Source: an uncultured bacterium
GTDB lineage: Bacteria > Chloroflexota > UBA5177 > JANWHV01
Length of the DNA: 64,000 nucleotides
Direction of reading: 5' to 3'
NCBI GenBank assembly: GCA_963729625.1
Contig: CAVSOU010000008.1
Span: 288,001 to 352,000 of the forward strand
Both the position numbers and the translations under genes were made by a program. The notes under the pieces were generated by a model. That model was not told the DNA's origin. It ran no database searches and saw only the letters and a program-made list of their open reading frames with translations. Numbering within the stretch: position 1 is the stretch's first letter; each line of letters starts with the position of its first letter. Of this stretch, positions 37,267 through 48,451 are shown piece by piece.

Positions 37267-38232
37267 TCAGCGCACGGTGTACGTCACTTGGTAATAGACG
37301 CCCCCGGTACCGGTTGCCGTTCCCGCCATGACCACCAGCTGGTAGGTGCCCGGTGGCAGCCGCGGGGAGGGAGCGACCTTGACCGTAACCGTGTTCCCCT
37401 TCACCAACTGATCAATGAGCTGGGCCACTGATACCGTTGCTGTGTCAACGAGTGTGATTGTGACCCGCGTATACCTGGGAAGCGCGGCCGCGAAGATCAC
37501 GGTGAAGGTCATCCCAGCGGATATTCGGCTGCCAGGAGCCGGGCAGATCCCGACTAGCTTGGGGAAATCGCCGTCGACAGGAACCGCGTGCGGCAGCTTG
37601 CACGTCGCAGGCAACCAGATGGCTGCGGAAGGCGTGGTGCCTGCGGAGGGCGTGACGGGCACCGTATACGTCCCTTGGTAGAAGACCTCGCCGGAGTCGG
37701 TGGTCGCGGCAACGTGCAGCGTGTAGGAGCCCGGCTTCAACGGCCACAAGGGGTCGACGGTGACTGTCGCGGCCTTGCCGTGCACTACCGCATCTTTCAG
37801 GGCAGCCTCTCCTCCCGGCCCGCTGAGCATGATCACGAGGTACGCATGCGCAGGCAGGGAACCCCCGAAGGTCACCGTAATGGTCGGCCTCGAGGACAGT
37901 GGCCCACCCGGAGCCGGGTCAATGCGGATAATGTCGGGGATGTCGCCGCTGCCCAGCGCGAGTGGCAGCCCGCCGGTGACCGTGGCCGCCGGCTGCACGG
38001 TCTTGTCCTTACCGCTCCGGCCGGCGTCCAGGCTCATGGCGCGCATGACGCCATGGTTCTCGCCAGTGATCACGCCGGTGACGGACGTGGCAAAGTGATG
38101 GCCGAGGGAAGCTCTGGCGGCGAGGGGCGCCGCGGAGACCGGCCCTCGGACGGTCGCGCGCGCAGGCAAGGCGATGCTTGCCAGGCCGAGCAAAGCAAGG
38201 CCAGCCAGCCCGAGGGCTCGCAGACTAATCAC
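37267..38232 (-). CDS. Secreted protein with two Ig-like (Big_5/CopC-like) domains
   Basis: Two PAPG...TVxF...LP...PGxYxL...YxxTYTV units, similar to the tail of 5697-7274. Confidence 0.8.
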   Translation of the reverse strand: MISLRALGLAGLALLGLASIALPARATVRGPVSAAPLAARASLGHHFATSVTGVITGENHGVMRAMSLDAGRSGKDKTVQPAATVTGGLPLALGSGDIPDIIRIDPAPGGPLSSRPTITVTFGGSLPAHAYLVIMLSGPGGEAALKDAVVHGKAATVTVDPLWPLKPGSYTLHVAATTDSGEVFYQGTYTVPVTPSAGTTPSAAIWLPATCKLPHAVPVDGDFPKLVGICPAPGSRISAGMTFTVIFAAALPRYTRVTITLVDTATVSVAQLIDQLVKGNTVTVKVAPSPRLPPGTYQLVVMAGTATGTGGVYYQVTYTVR

Positions 38233-38297
38233 ATGAGCATCCTTTCATCATTGCCGGGGGCTCGACGTTCACACCCATGCCTCCAGGGCCCGGCACT

Positions 38298-39515
38298 TCA
38301 AGGTGTTCCCGAGCTTGGGGGATTCTTGAGCTCGAGAGACCACGTCACTTCGCGCTTAAAGGTTCCGTCAGGGGTGACGAGGGGCGGGGGTGATGGAGGG
38401 CTCTTGAGGACGTAGGGATGCTTGGGATCCAGCTTGCCCGTGAGCGTCCTGGGAAGGACGTCTCCCTTCTCGGTGCCCGGCGGACGCGGAGCTGTTGGCT
38501 CCCGCGGCGTGCACAGTGGCGCGGAATACTCGTCTTTCTCGATTGTATACTCGAGCCTCTTTTCAACTATGTTTAGTGCTCCAGGTACCGCGATTGAATA
38601 GGTCCCGCTGTCCCGGTTAAGGACGATGCCCACATTGTCGTTCCAGGTGTCCTTATTGGTTCCGTCCTCCTTCAGGTGCTCGACGGTCCTATCGGTCTTC
38701 TCAACAACGAGGCCTTTACAATCGTCATTAAACGCCATAATCCCGCTTGTGTCGGCCGTGGTCGTCTCTGTGTAGTCGATTATCGCCATCGGCTGATTAA
38801 CGTCGCCGGTTGACTTCGAGCGAGTGCTTGGCGGCACGAGCCGAACGCTCTCCAGGGTGTGGAAGTGGGACGTGGCGGAATTCGCGCCTGCGCCCTTACC
38901 GCTCGGCTTGGACGTAAGATCTGCGTCCTCCTCGATGGTTATCGATCCGGCCCAGTAGGTCTGGCACAGCCCGACGTTCAGCTTGTTCACCGCGGCTTCG
39001 GCCAGATCCGTCAGCACGCTGCCATTCTTGCCCGTGCCCGTAACTATCTGGGTATCCACGTACTGCGACGTCGTCGGGTCCACCACTTGCACCGTCACGC
39101 TATACAGATCGTCCCTCACTGAGTACGAGACGAAGACTAGGGTGGCGTCCATACCGGCCGCGATGTTTTCCATAGCCCTTGGCAGCCCCTCGCCGCCCGC
39201 GAGTTGTTGTTGTTTACTTAACGCCATGAGCTTGCCGTTGAGCGAAGCGGACGTGATCCTGGCGCACGGATACTTGGCCCCCAGCTGCATGACCACCGCA
39301 TTTCCGGTCTCCTCGCTATCTCCAGCCGCCCCGTGCTCTTCCGGGTTGCCGGCATTGTAGCTGCCGGTGACAGGCGCCACGAAGACTTTGTCCTGGCTAG
39401 CGGTCGCGCCGGCACGTGCTGGCCTGCCGGAGAGCGGCGCCCAGGGCAGCGTGACAAGCACCACGACGGTGCATACCAGGGCTCGAATCCATCGGCCTTT
39501 CGTGCTCATTCTCAC
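38298..39515 (-). CDS. Secreted hypothetical protein
   Basis: Signal peptide; long uninterrupted ORF, first gene of a co-oriented three-gene run. Confidence 0.75.
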   Translation of the reverse strand: MRMSTKGRWIRALVCTVVVLVTLPWAPLSGRPARAGATASQDKVFVAPVTGSYNAGNPEEHGAAGDSEETGNAVVMQLGAKYPCARITSASLNGKLMALSKQQQLAGGEGLPRAMENIAAGMDATLVFVSYSVRDDLYSVTVQVVDPTTSQYVDTQIVTGTGKNGSVLTDLAEAAVNKLNVGLCQTYWAGSITIEEDADLTSKPSGKGAGANSATSHFHTLESVRLVPPSTRSKSTGDVNQPMAIIDYTETTTADTSGIMAFNDDCKGLVVEKTDRTVEHLKEDGTNKDTWNDNVGIVLNRDSGTYSIAVPGALNIVEKRLEYTIEKDEYSAPLCTPREPTAPRPPGTEKGDVLPRTLTGKLDPKHPYVLKSPPSPPPLVTPDGTFKREVTWSLELKNPPSSGTP

Positions 39516-39794
39516 TGCTCATACCCCCAACCTGTGCTCTTCACGCCCCCCGCTGGCGGCCATCAGCATGTGTCGCCGATCGCGATCGGCCCTAGCACTT
39601 CACACATTCAGGATCGCGACCGAGACTTGCCCTTCACGTACACGAGCGACAAGTGCCCGCGCTCTGGAGGCCGCTGCCTATCCTGCTCCTCCCGAAGGGA
39701 TGGTCTAGGCTTCGTCGAGCTCCCGTCCAGGATCAGCGCGTATGCACAGTGCGCAGGCCCTAGTATCCGCTGGTCCACCGCCCAGCGCGGACAG

Positions 39795-39830
39795 AAAAAA
39801 CCGGCGCGCGACACTCGTCGTGGCCGGTTT
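39795..39830 (-). terminator. Rho-independent terminator
   Basis: AAACCGGC...GCCGGTTT stem followed by a T6 run on the minus strand. Confidence 0.7.
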
Positions 39831-39962
39831 CACCAGTGGCTCGCTGCAGTCGGGGTGGCCAAGCGAAGGTAAGACTCAAGAGGAGCTGATGCTCGCTGGA
39901 TCGTCAGCACCTGATGGCGTCGAACCCGCTCAAAGACTACAGGTCTTCGCATCCACTACAAG
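39795..39962 (-). ncRNA. Candidate structured small RNA (rod with internal bubbles, loosely 6S-like)
   Basis: TACGAT -10 (39972-39967); nested pairings AGTGG/CCACT, CTGTAGTC/GACTGCAG, GAGCGGG/TTCGCTT, AGGTGCTGA/TCAGCTCCT; own terminator. Confidence 0.4.
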
Positions 39963-40190
39963 CTCAATCGTACACCCGTGCGTCAAGCGCTGTTTCCGTC
40001 AGGCTAGCGGACCCGCGGACGGAACCGCGTCGGGCCCAGCGCAGGTCGGAAACCGCAGGCAGCGCTCGTGCCGAGACTCCGGTGCGTCAAGATTCAGACG
40101 CGCAGCACGAACTGGCCGTACCGTTCCAGGGATTCGTCGTGCGTCGGCAGTTCAGTCGGCGTGGGGTCAGACAGCGCCCAACGGGTGCGT

Positions 40191-41234
40191 TCAGGACACC
40201 GGCAGCACCATTGCTCGGATGACGCCGTCGGCGTAGCTCGACGCCGTCTCCAGCGCCGCTTTCGCCTGATCCAGCGGCCAACGATGCGTCGCCAGGGATG
40301 CCACATCGATCTGCTTGCCCACCACCAGGTCAATTGACGGCCCGTAAGCGTGCTTCATGCGCCGTGATAACCGGATGGTCAAGCCCTTTCGCCGCGCTGC
40401 CGACGCTCTGACGGTCAGCACATCTTCGAGTGGAATGCCGACCACCACCACGCGGCCGCCGAGGCGAACAGCTTCGACACACTGGCTGGCCGTCCTATCC
40501 ACCCATGCCGACTCGATGGCCACATCTACACCGCGGCCTTCTGTGGCCTGGTGGACGGCTGCGACGACGTCTTCCCGATCCGCGTTGGCGGTCGCCGTGG
40601 CGCCCATCCTGCGCGCCATGTCGAGGCGCCACTCGTACAGGTCCGACACGAAGATGCGCTTGGCGCCGGCCAATCGCGCCAGCTGGACCAGCAGCAGTCC
40701 GATGCCGCCGGCCCCGACGATCAGCACATCGTCGTTGACCCCGATCTTGGCAAGTTGGCTGGCGTGCAGCGCGACGCCGAGCGGCTCGAGCAACGCCCCG
40801 GCCACGGAGTCAATTCCGGCCGGCAGCGGCACGCACTGCCTGGCCGGATGTACCATGCGCTCGCGCAACGCTCCATGACGAGGGTAGATGCCAAGGAACT
40901 CCAGGTGCATGCAGAGATTCGGGTTTCCCTCCAGGCAGCGTTCACACTGTCCACACGCGATGCCCGGATCGATGGCCACGGACTGCCCGACACGGAATCT
41001 GTCCGCCGTCCCTTCGCCAAGCGCAATGATCCGTCCAGCGGCTTCGTGACCCAACACCAGCGGACTCTCGATCGTCACGCCCCCGATCTGACCGTCGAGA
41101 AAGTTGTGCAGATCGCTCCCGCAGATGCCGACCGCGGTCACCTCGAGCAGCAGCTCGCCCCGAGCCGGTATCTCATCGGGCATGGACTCGATCCGCATGT
41201 CTCGCGGACCATAGAGCAGCGCGGCTTTGACCAT
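40191..41234 (-). CDS. Zn-dependent (sorbitol/iditol-type) dehydrogenase
   Basis: GICGSD, GHE, CGQCERC...NLC, EPL, GAGGIG. Confidence 0.95.
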   Translation of the reverse strand: MVKAALLYGPRDMRIESMPDEIPARGELLLEVTAVGICGSDLHNFLDGQIGGVTIESPLVLGHEAAGRIIALGEGTADRFRVGQSVAIDPGIACGQCERCLEGNPNLCMHLEFLGIYPRHGALRERMVHPARQCVPLPAGIDSVAGALLEPLGVALHASQLAKIGVNDDVLIVGAGGIGLLLVQLARLAGAKRIFVSDLYEWRLDMARRMGATATANADREDVVAAVHQATEGRGVDVAIESAWVDRTASQCVEAVRLGGRVVVVGIPLEDVLTVRASAARRKGLTIRLSRRMKHAYGPSIDLVVGKQIDVASLATHRWPLDQAKAALETASSYADGVIRAMVLPVS

Positions 41235-41259
41235 GGTCTTTCCTTGCCTGAATAGTTCT

Positions 41260-42279
41260 TTACAACTCAATCAAGACTTTCATGGAGTGGCCGTGTGACT
41301 CCTCAATCGTCTTGTACGCTTCCAGGTAGTCCTGGAAGGCGAAGCGATGAGTCACCAGTGGGTCGAGATGCAGCTTCTGCTGCTCGAGCAACACGACCGC
41401 CCGCTCGAAGTCGTGCCTCAGGTACATCAGCGTACCGGTCACGGTCAGCTCACGATCTTGAACCAACCCCATGTCAACCACCGGCTTCTTGCCAAACACA
41501 CCGACCACAACGATCGTGCTGCCTTTACGGGCGCACGCAATCGCTTGCGTTATGGTCTGCTCCGCGCCGACACAGTCCAGGATCACGTCTGCCTTATCGG
41601 GGCCGAATGTCGCCAAGATAGCGGCGCCTAAGTCCTCTGTTTGCGTGTTCACGGTGTGCTCAATACCGCTGGCGCGGGCTTTATCGAGCCTGTAGGCGCT
41701 CAGGTCCGTGATCAGCACTCCCGCGGCTCCTTCAGCGCGAGCCACCTGGCCCACGAGGTTGCCGATCGTTCCCGCGCCGAGCACGACCACGTTCTTACCC
41801 TGCACCGTGCCCGCGCGCGCAAGGGCATGCACAGCGACCGCAATCGGCTCGATCATCGCTGCATGATCGAGCGAGATAGACTCCGGAATCTTCAGAACCT
41901 TCTCGGCGTCCACTGAGAAGTACTCCTGGGCTGCGCCGCCGGTCTGGAAGCCCATCACTTTCAACTGATCGCAAATGTGGTACATGCCATGCCGGCAGGG
42001 GTAGCACTCGCCGCATACTACCTGTGGCATGACAATCACTTTGTCGCCCAGCGCAAAGCCTCGCACGTGCGCGCCGATCTCGGCTACGGTGCCACTCACC
42101 TCATGGCCCTGCACCACCGGATAGCTGGTGTATGGATGCAGCCCGTGATAGACGTGGATATCCGATCCGCACACTCCGACCCGCCTGATCTGGATCAATA
42201 CCTGGTTATCCTCGATCGCCGGTCGCTCGACTTCACGAATGGTAATCGCTCCAGGTTGGGTCATCACGGCCTGTCGCAT
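41260..42279 (-). CDS. Zn-dependent alcohol/polyol dehydrogenase
   Basis: GVCGSD, GHE, CGECYPC...HIC, GAGTIG. Confidence 0.95.
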   Translation of the reverse strand: MRQAVMTQPGAITIREVERPAIEDNQVLIQIRRVGVCGSDIHVYHGLHPYTSYPVVQGHEVSGTVAEIGAHVRGFALGDKVIVMPQVVCGECYPCRHGMYHICDQLKVMGFQTGGAAQEYFSVDAEKVLKIPESISLDHAAMIEPIAVAVHALARAGTVQGKNVVVLGAGTIGNLVGQVARAEGAAGVLITDLSAYRLDKARASGIEHTVNTQTEDLGAAILATFGPDKADVILDCVGAEQTITQAIACARKGSTIVVVGVFGKKPVVDMGLVQDRELTVTGTLMYLRHDFERAVVLLEQQKLHLDPLVTHRFAFQDYLEAYKTIEESHGHSMKVLIEL

Positions 42280-42399
42280 GGTTACCTCCTCTGACTGCTG
42301 CTGTCTGCTTCGCTGATCCGGTCACACCATCGATGCCCGTGTCGCCGCCGAGGTATCTTCTGCCATCGCGGCCTCCTTGAGACCCGGTACAGCCTCATC

Positions 42400-42520
42400 C
42401 TGTTCGGCTGAATGGGCAATCCGCCGGAACCGCGCGGGCTCGCGGTGTATCTTGCCTCGGATGCCTCCAGCTCCATGACGGGCAGTGACCTTATGATAGA
42501 CGGTGACCGCACCTGTTGGC
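42400..42520 (+). pseudogene. C-terminal remnant of an SDR oxidoreductase
   Basis: MGNPPEPRGLAVYLASDASSSMTGSDLMIDGDRTCW matches SDR C-termini; no N-terminal part. Confidence 0.75.
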
Positions 42521-42686
42521 AGCCGTCAAGAGAACAGAGAGCGTTTATCATGTCGCGGAAACAAGCCGCGGACTGTACTCGCACGCGTTTCGGAACGCGA
42601 GCGAGAGTACCGAAGCCCCTGTTCCGGTCGATTCAGCTGGAGGGTTCTGTTCTCGCCGAGGCGTCGTGGCAACACGGCTCAGAGCC

Positions 42687-42733
42687 TTGACACGCACCAG
42701 CCTTCATATTAGTATGTAGGTAGCTACTTACTA
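42687..42733 (+). promoter_or_regulatory. Sigma70 promoter with overlapping TetR-type operator
   Basis: TTGACA-17-TAGTAT; inverted repeat TAGTATGTAG-GTAG-CTACTTACTA (42710-42733, 9/10 match). Confidence 0.8.
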
Positions 42734-42746
42734 ATGGGGGGTATGG

Positions 42747-43454
42747 ATGGCGACGGCGAAGGGCCGGCCCCGCGACCCGGACGCGACGCGCACGGCCATC
42801 TTGAATGCGGCGGAGGAGGCCTTCGCCAAACATGGATTTGCCGGCGCTCGCATCGACGCTATCGCGACGGCATCCGGCTACAATAACGGCCTGATCTTCC
42901 GCTATTTTACCGACAAGCTGGGACTTTACCGCGCCGTGGTGCTGCGCATCAAGGCCAATACGGAGGCCTGGTTCGCGCGGGACCTTGCTCCGCTCTTTGT
43001 ATCTAACACGGCGGATGCCGGCGAGATCGAGACGGTGCGCGCCGTTGTCGGCACCGCGCTCCGCTGGGTCTTCGACTATTACCTCGTGCACGTGAACTAC
43101 AGACGGATCCTGGCGTGGGAGGCGGCAGAGGGCTGGAGCACGTTTGCCCTTGTTCACGCAGACGTCAAGCAATCCTGGTGGCTGGAGCCGGCAAGCCGTT
43201 TTCTCGCGCGGGCGCAGGCCGCGCACGTGATCCGCGCGGAGATCGACCTGCCTATGTTGATTTCGGACGCGCTGTACATAGCGCTGCTTCACCAGTGGTT
43301 CGTTCCCAGGAACGAGCTCGACTTTCCCGGCGTCGACTTCTCGTCACTCGATGCTCTGGCCAGGGCACGCGAGCAAATCGTCCAATTGATCCTGCATGGG
43401 ATCGAGAACCACCGATACTACTCACCCACACCAGAGGGAGACCATCAATCATGA
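42747..43454 (+). CDS. TetR/AcrR-family regulator
   Basis: TRTAILNAAEEAFAKHGFAGARIDAIA...LIFRYFTDKLGLY. Confidence 0.95.
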   Translation: MATAKGRPRDPDATRTAILNAAEEAFAKHGFAGARIDAIATASGYNNGLIFRYFTDKLGLYRAVVLRIKANTEAWFARDLAPLFVSNTADAGEIETVRAVVGTALRWVFDYYLVHVNYRRILAWEAAEGWSTFALVHADVKQSWWLEPASRFLARAQAAHVIRAEIDLPMLISDALYIALLHQWFVPRNELDFPGVDFSSLDALARAREQIVQLILHGIENHRYYSPTPEGDHQS

Positions 43455-45229
43455 CTCTGCGGATTGCCGCTCGCAACGATCGGCCCGGTAACGTCACAAA
43501 CCGCCGCCACCCGTTGTTTTCGCCGATAACTGCCGTCGCTCTCGCGGTTGGCGTTTTGGTGCCGCTGATCTTCTCGGCGTCCTACGTGGGTGCTCTTCAC
43601 GATCCGAAGCCCCACGATATGCCTATCGGCGTGGTGGCGCCGTACTCGATGGCGTCAACGCTGATCACGGCAATCGACACGGCCAGCCAGCACGAGCTCA
43701 AGGCGCGCGAGGAAGCTGACACGAGCGCCCTGAGATCGGGCATCGACAAGCAGGAGATAGCCGGCGGCCTCGTCCTGAAAGTGCCGGGCGCCATCCCGAT
43801 CGGCGTGCTGGCGCCGGCGATCATGGCCGCGACCCTGGCGCACACGATCGGTGCCAGAAGCGGTGATGTGCTCGCAGCCAGGGTCGAGCCGAGTGCCGAT
43901 GCCCTGAAAGCGGATCTCAACGCACAGAAGGTATACGGCGGTGTCGTCTTCTCGCTTCCGGCGAGCATTCCGATCGGTGTCGTAGCTCCTTCAATCTTGG
44001 CGCCGGCAGTGGCAAAGCAGATCGGCGCTGCCGGTGGCGGTGTAGTCACCGTGCGTCCCGAAGCCAGCGTAGCCGCCTTGCGGTCCGATATCGCAAAGAA
44101 GGCTGTCTACGGCGGCATTGTGGTCGCGATTTCGACCGCTCTGGGCCTCGCCCCCGTCCAGGTTCTGACTGCCGGCAGCACCGACTACACCGTCAGCCAG
44201 CTCATCGCGGGGTTCGGGCAGCAGCTCGCGGCCAGGCTGCACACCAGCGTCACACTGGTGGATGTAAAGCCGCAGGCGGCTGGGGCAGCCACGCCATTGA
44301 CCATGGTACAGATTGTGACGACCAGCACCGCGGATTCCACGGTGGGCGAGATCGTGGCGACCTTCGGCCGGCAGCTGGCGGCAGCGCAGCACGCAGGTAT
44401 CACGGTCGTCGACATGGTGCCGCAGGTGCCGGGAACCCCGAAACCTCTGACCACCGTGCAGGTGTACACGGCTGGCGCGGTGAACTTTACGGCCAGTCGC
44501 GAGTTGGCTGAGTTTGGCCAGCTTTTCGCCGTGGCACGGCATGCCGCGGTCACGGTCACGGATGCGAAGCCGCTTCAGCCGGAGGACTCGACCGGCTTGT
44601 CCTCTCTGTACATGATGATCGGTTGGGTCTTTGGCGGCTATTTCCTGGCCACGGTGGTGACGACAATCGTCGGGTTCAAGCAGTGGACGCGCAGACACTC
44701 CTTCGTGCGACTCGGCGCACTGGCTCTGTGCTCGATCGCCTCGGGCCTGATGGGCGCCGGCATCGGCGCCGCATTCGGGCCGATATCGTCCGAGCACTTC
44801 TGGGCGGTCGCCGGCATCGGTACGCTGCTCGTGTTTTCCACGGCCTGCGCCACTGCCGGGCTGCAGGCGATCATCGGGATGTATGGAACGCAAGTCGCTT
44901 TGATCGCCTTCATCATGCTGGGAAATCCGTCGTCGGGCGGTATCGCCGCGCCGCAGATGCTGCCGGTTTTCTGGCGCGCGATCGGGCCATGGTTGCCTAA
45001 CGCCGCCGGATTCACCCTGCTTCGCAATACCCTGTACTATGGCGGCCGGAACTTCGGTTCGGCTATCCCGGTACTGTGCGCCTACACGGTCGCCGGCGCC
45101 GCTCTCCTGCTCATGTTCGGATCCTCACGTATGGCTCTCTTTACACCGCGAGTGGAGACGGCGGTTGATGCGCTTCGTCCCGGCCCACCCAGATTGGTTG
45201 GGGTGAAAGACGAAGAGGCGAGCGCCTAG
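43451..45229 (+). CDS. DUF3533/ABC-2-like permease with triplicated extracytoplasmic domain
   Basis: SYVGALHDPKPH, DSTGLSSLY, GNPSSGG, LPVFWR, PWLP; ATGA overlap with tetR. Confidence 0.85.
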   Translation: MTLRIAARNDRPGNVTNRRHPLFSPITAVALAVGVLVPLIFSASYVGALHDPKPHDMPIGVVAPYSMASTLITAIDTASQHELKAREEADTSALRSGIDKQEIAGGLVLKVPGAIPIGVLAPAIMAATLAHTIGARSGDVLAARVEPSADALKADLNAQKVYGGVVFSLPASIPIGVVAPSILAPAVAKQIGAAGGGVVTVRPEASVAALRSDIAKKAVYGGIVVAISTALGLAPVQVLTAGSTDYTVSQLIAGFGQQLAARLHTSVTLVDVKPQAAGAATPLTMVQIVTTSTADSTVGEIVATFGRQLAAAQHAGITVVDMVPQVPGTPKPLTTVQVYTAGAVNFTASRELAEFGQLFAVARHAAVTVTDAKPLQPEDSTGLSSLYMMIGWVFGGYFLATVVTTIVGFKQWTRRHSFVRLGALALCSIASGLMGAGIGAAFGPISSEHFWAVAGIGTLLVFSTACATAGLQAIIGMYGTQVALIAFIMLGNPSSGGIAAPQMLPVFWRAIGPWLPNAAGFTLLRNTLYYGGRNFGSAIPVLCAYTVAGAALLLMFGSSRMALFTPRVETAVDALRPGPPRLVGVKDEEASA

Positions 45230-45301
45230 CCGCGTTATCCTTAGCACGATGATCGACATGCCGGCGTGCAACGAGCCGCGCTGTAGGGAAGGAGCACTGA
45301 G

Positions 45302-46681
<1,380 letters not shown>

Positions 46682-46861
46682 AGCATGGCCGGCACCATCG
46701 AGGCTGGGCGCTCTTACCAGAGACCATTGTTCCCGACAAGAGCGCCCGCCGTGGCGGCTGTGCTCGGTCCGTGCCTGCGGGCGAATGCCTTCGCGTCGAG
46801 CACTGCCTGCTGGGCGCGCCGCGCTGCCTTGAAGGGCCGGCTGGCTGCCATGTGGCGCCCG

Positions 46862-47085
46862 TCAACTGGGTGAACGGGCGCCTCCTTTCAAACCGACGGC
46901 CTCGGCGAAACGGCGTAGCGCCGCCAGGTGGGCGGCGGGCGTGGAAAAGCCGCAGTCCGTGGTCTGCACGACGGCGTGGGTGGCGCCGGCGCGTTGCCAG
47001 TCGGCCAGCAGATGCTGCCAAACCGCCGGATCACCTGACCCATACGGGATGCGAGCTTGCAGGCCAATACTTCTCAGATGTGAGT
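46862..47085 (-). pseudogene. C-terminal remnant of an LLM-class (F420-dependent) oxidoreductase
   Basis: IGLQARIPYGSGDPAVW...WQRAGATH...GFSTPAAHLAALRRFAEAVG resembles LLM C-termini; upstream part missing. Confidence 0.55.
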
Positions 47086-47267
47086 ACGTGGCGCCGATAG
47101 TCACTGGGTAGAGCACCCGGTGCGCAGGATCGCGGATCAGCGCGATCTCACCGTCTGGGTCTCTTGGCAAAGCATCTCTGCCCGCAACCCCGCGTTGCGG
47201 CATCTCCAGCTAGGAATGGTTGCCACCCGGTACGATAAGAGGGTAGATATCGTGCGGAGGCAGGGTT

Positions 47268-48089
47268 ATGACGGCGTTGGAGGACTGGGTAGCGCGGGTC
47301 AGCGCGCACCACGAGCAATCGCGACGGATTCAGGAGAAAACGGGCTGGGCGCCGGACGACAGCGGCCGCTATGTGGCGGACATGTTCGTCGCCGATCCGC
47401 GCCGGACGGACGACCCCGTCCTCAATCGGCTGCTGCGCGCGGTCTCGCCGGCGACCACCGTTCTCGACGTCGGCGGTGGCGCCGGACGGTACGCGCTGCC
47501 GCTGGCGCTCGCGTGCCGGCAGGTGACGGTCGTCGAGCCAGATCCCGGCATGGTGAAGACACTGCGGGGGCAGATGGTGCGGCACCGGATCGCGAACATC
47601 ACCGTCGTCGAGGAGAAGTGGCAGACGGTGGGCGTCGAGCCGGCCGATGTCGTGCTGTGCGCGCACGTCATCTACGATGTGGTGGCCATCGAGGAGTTCG
47701 TGCGCTGGCTGACTGCGCACGCGCGCAAGCGGGTCCAGCTCGTCGCCAACATGCCCTGGCGCATGCACGCGCTCTCGTCATTCTGGCCACCGGTACATGG
47801 CGAAGAGCGTATCACGTTGCCCTCCGTGCCGGAGCTGCTGCCGCTACTCTGGGAGCTCGGTGTGTTTCCCGATCTCGCGATGCTCAGCGTCTACCCACCT
47901 GAGCCGTTCCGCGACCGCGGACGAGCATTGGCCATCCTGCGCCGCATGATATATGTCAATCCCGGCAGCGAGCAAGACGCGCGACTCCAAGCCGCGCTGG
48001 ATGCGCTCGCCGACGAGGTACCCGGCGGCATCGCTCTGCGGGAGGCCACGCCGCGCCGGGAAGCCTTGGTCTCGTGGTCCGTCGAGTAG
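47268..48089 (+). CDS. Class I SAM-dependent methyltransferase
   Basis: VLDVGGGAGR, VVEPDPGM, ADVVLCAHVIY. Confidence 0.9.
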   Translation: MTALEDWVARVSAHHEQSRRIQEKTGWAPDDSGRYVADMFVADPRRTDDPVLNRLLRAVSPATTVLDVGGGAGRYALPLALACRQVTVVEPDPGMVKTLRGQMVRHRIANITVVEEKWQTVGVEPADVVLCAHVIYDVVAIEEFVRWLTAHARKRVQLVANMPWRMHALSSFWPPVHGEERITLPSVPELLPLLWELGVFPDLAMLSVYPPEPFRDRGRALAILRRMIYVNPGSEQDARLQAALDALADEVPGGIALREATPRREALVSWSVE

Positions 48090-48163
48090 TCAAAGCCAGC
48101 ATCGGGATTGGCGACAGGTGATGCTGCCCGGCCAGGCGGCGCAGGAAGGGAATGCGGGATAGG

Positions 48164-48451
48164 ATGGCAGCCTACATCATCGCGGATGTGCACGTGACTG
48201 ATCCTGTAGCGTACGAGGACTATCGGCAACAGGTGGGTGCTACCCTGGAATTATATGGGGGTCGCTTCCTGGTGCGCGGTGGCGCGGCGCTGCCCCTCGA
48301 AGGCGGCTGGGCGCCGGAACGGATCGTCGTGCTGGAATTTGAGGGACTCGACCAGGCGAGGGCCTGGTATAGCTCACGTGAGTATGGGTCGCTGCTCCGC
48401 CTCCGGCAGGGGGCATCTGAGGGGCGCTTCATTCTCGTGGAGGGTGTTTGA
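48164..48451 (+). CDS. DUF1330 family protein
   Basis: AYIIADVHVTD...YGGRFLVRGG...LEGGW...VVLEF...AWYSSREY. Confidence 0.92.
   Translation: MAAYIIADVHVTDPVAYEDYRQQVGATLELYGGRFLVRGGAALPLEGGWAPERIVVLEFEGLDQARAWYSSREYGSLLRLRQGASEGRFILVEGV

Noticed and set aside
39915-39932. tRNA suggested by GGTTCGA on the minus strand
   Set aside because: The T-stem does not pair and no cloverleaf or acceptor stem can be built.
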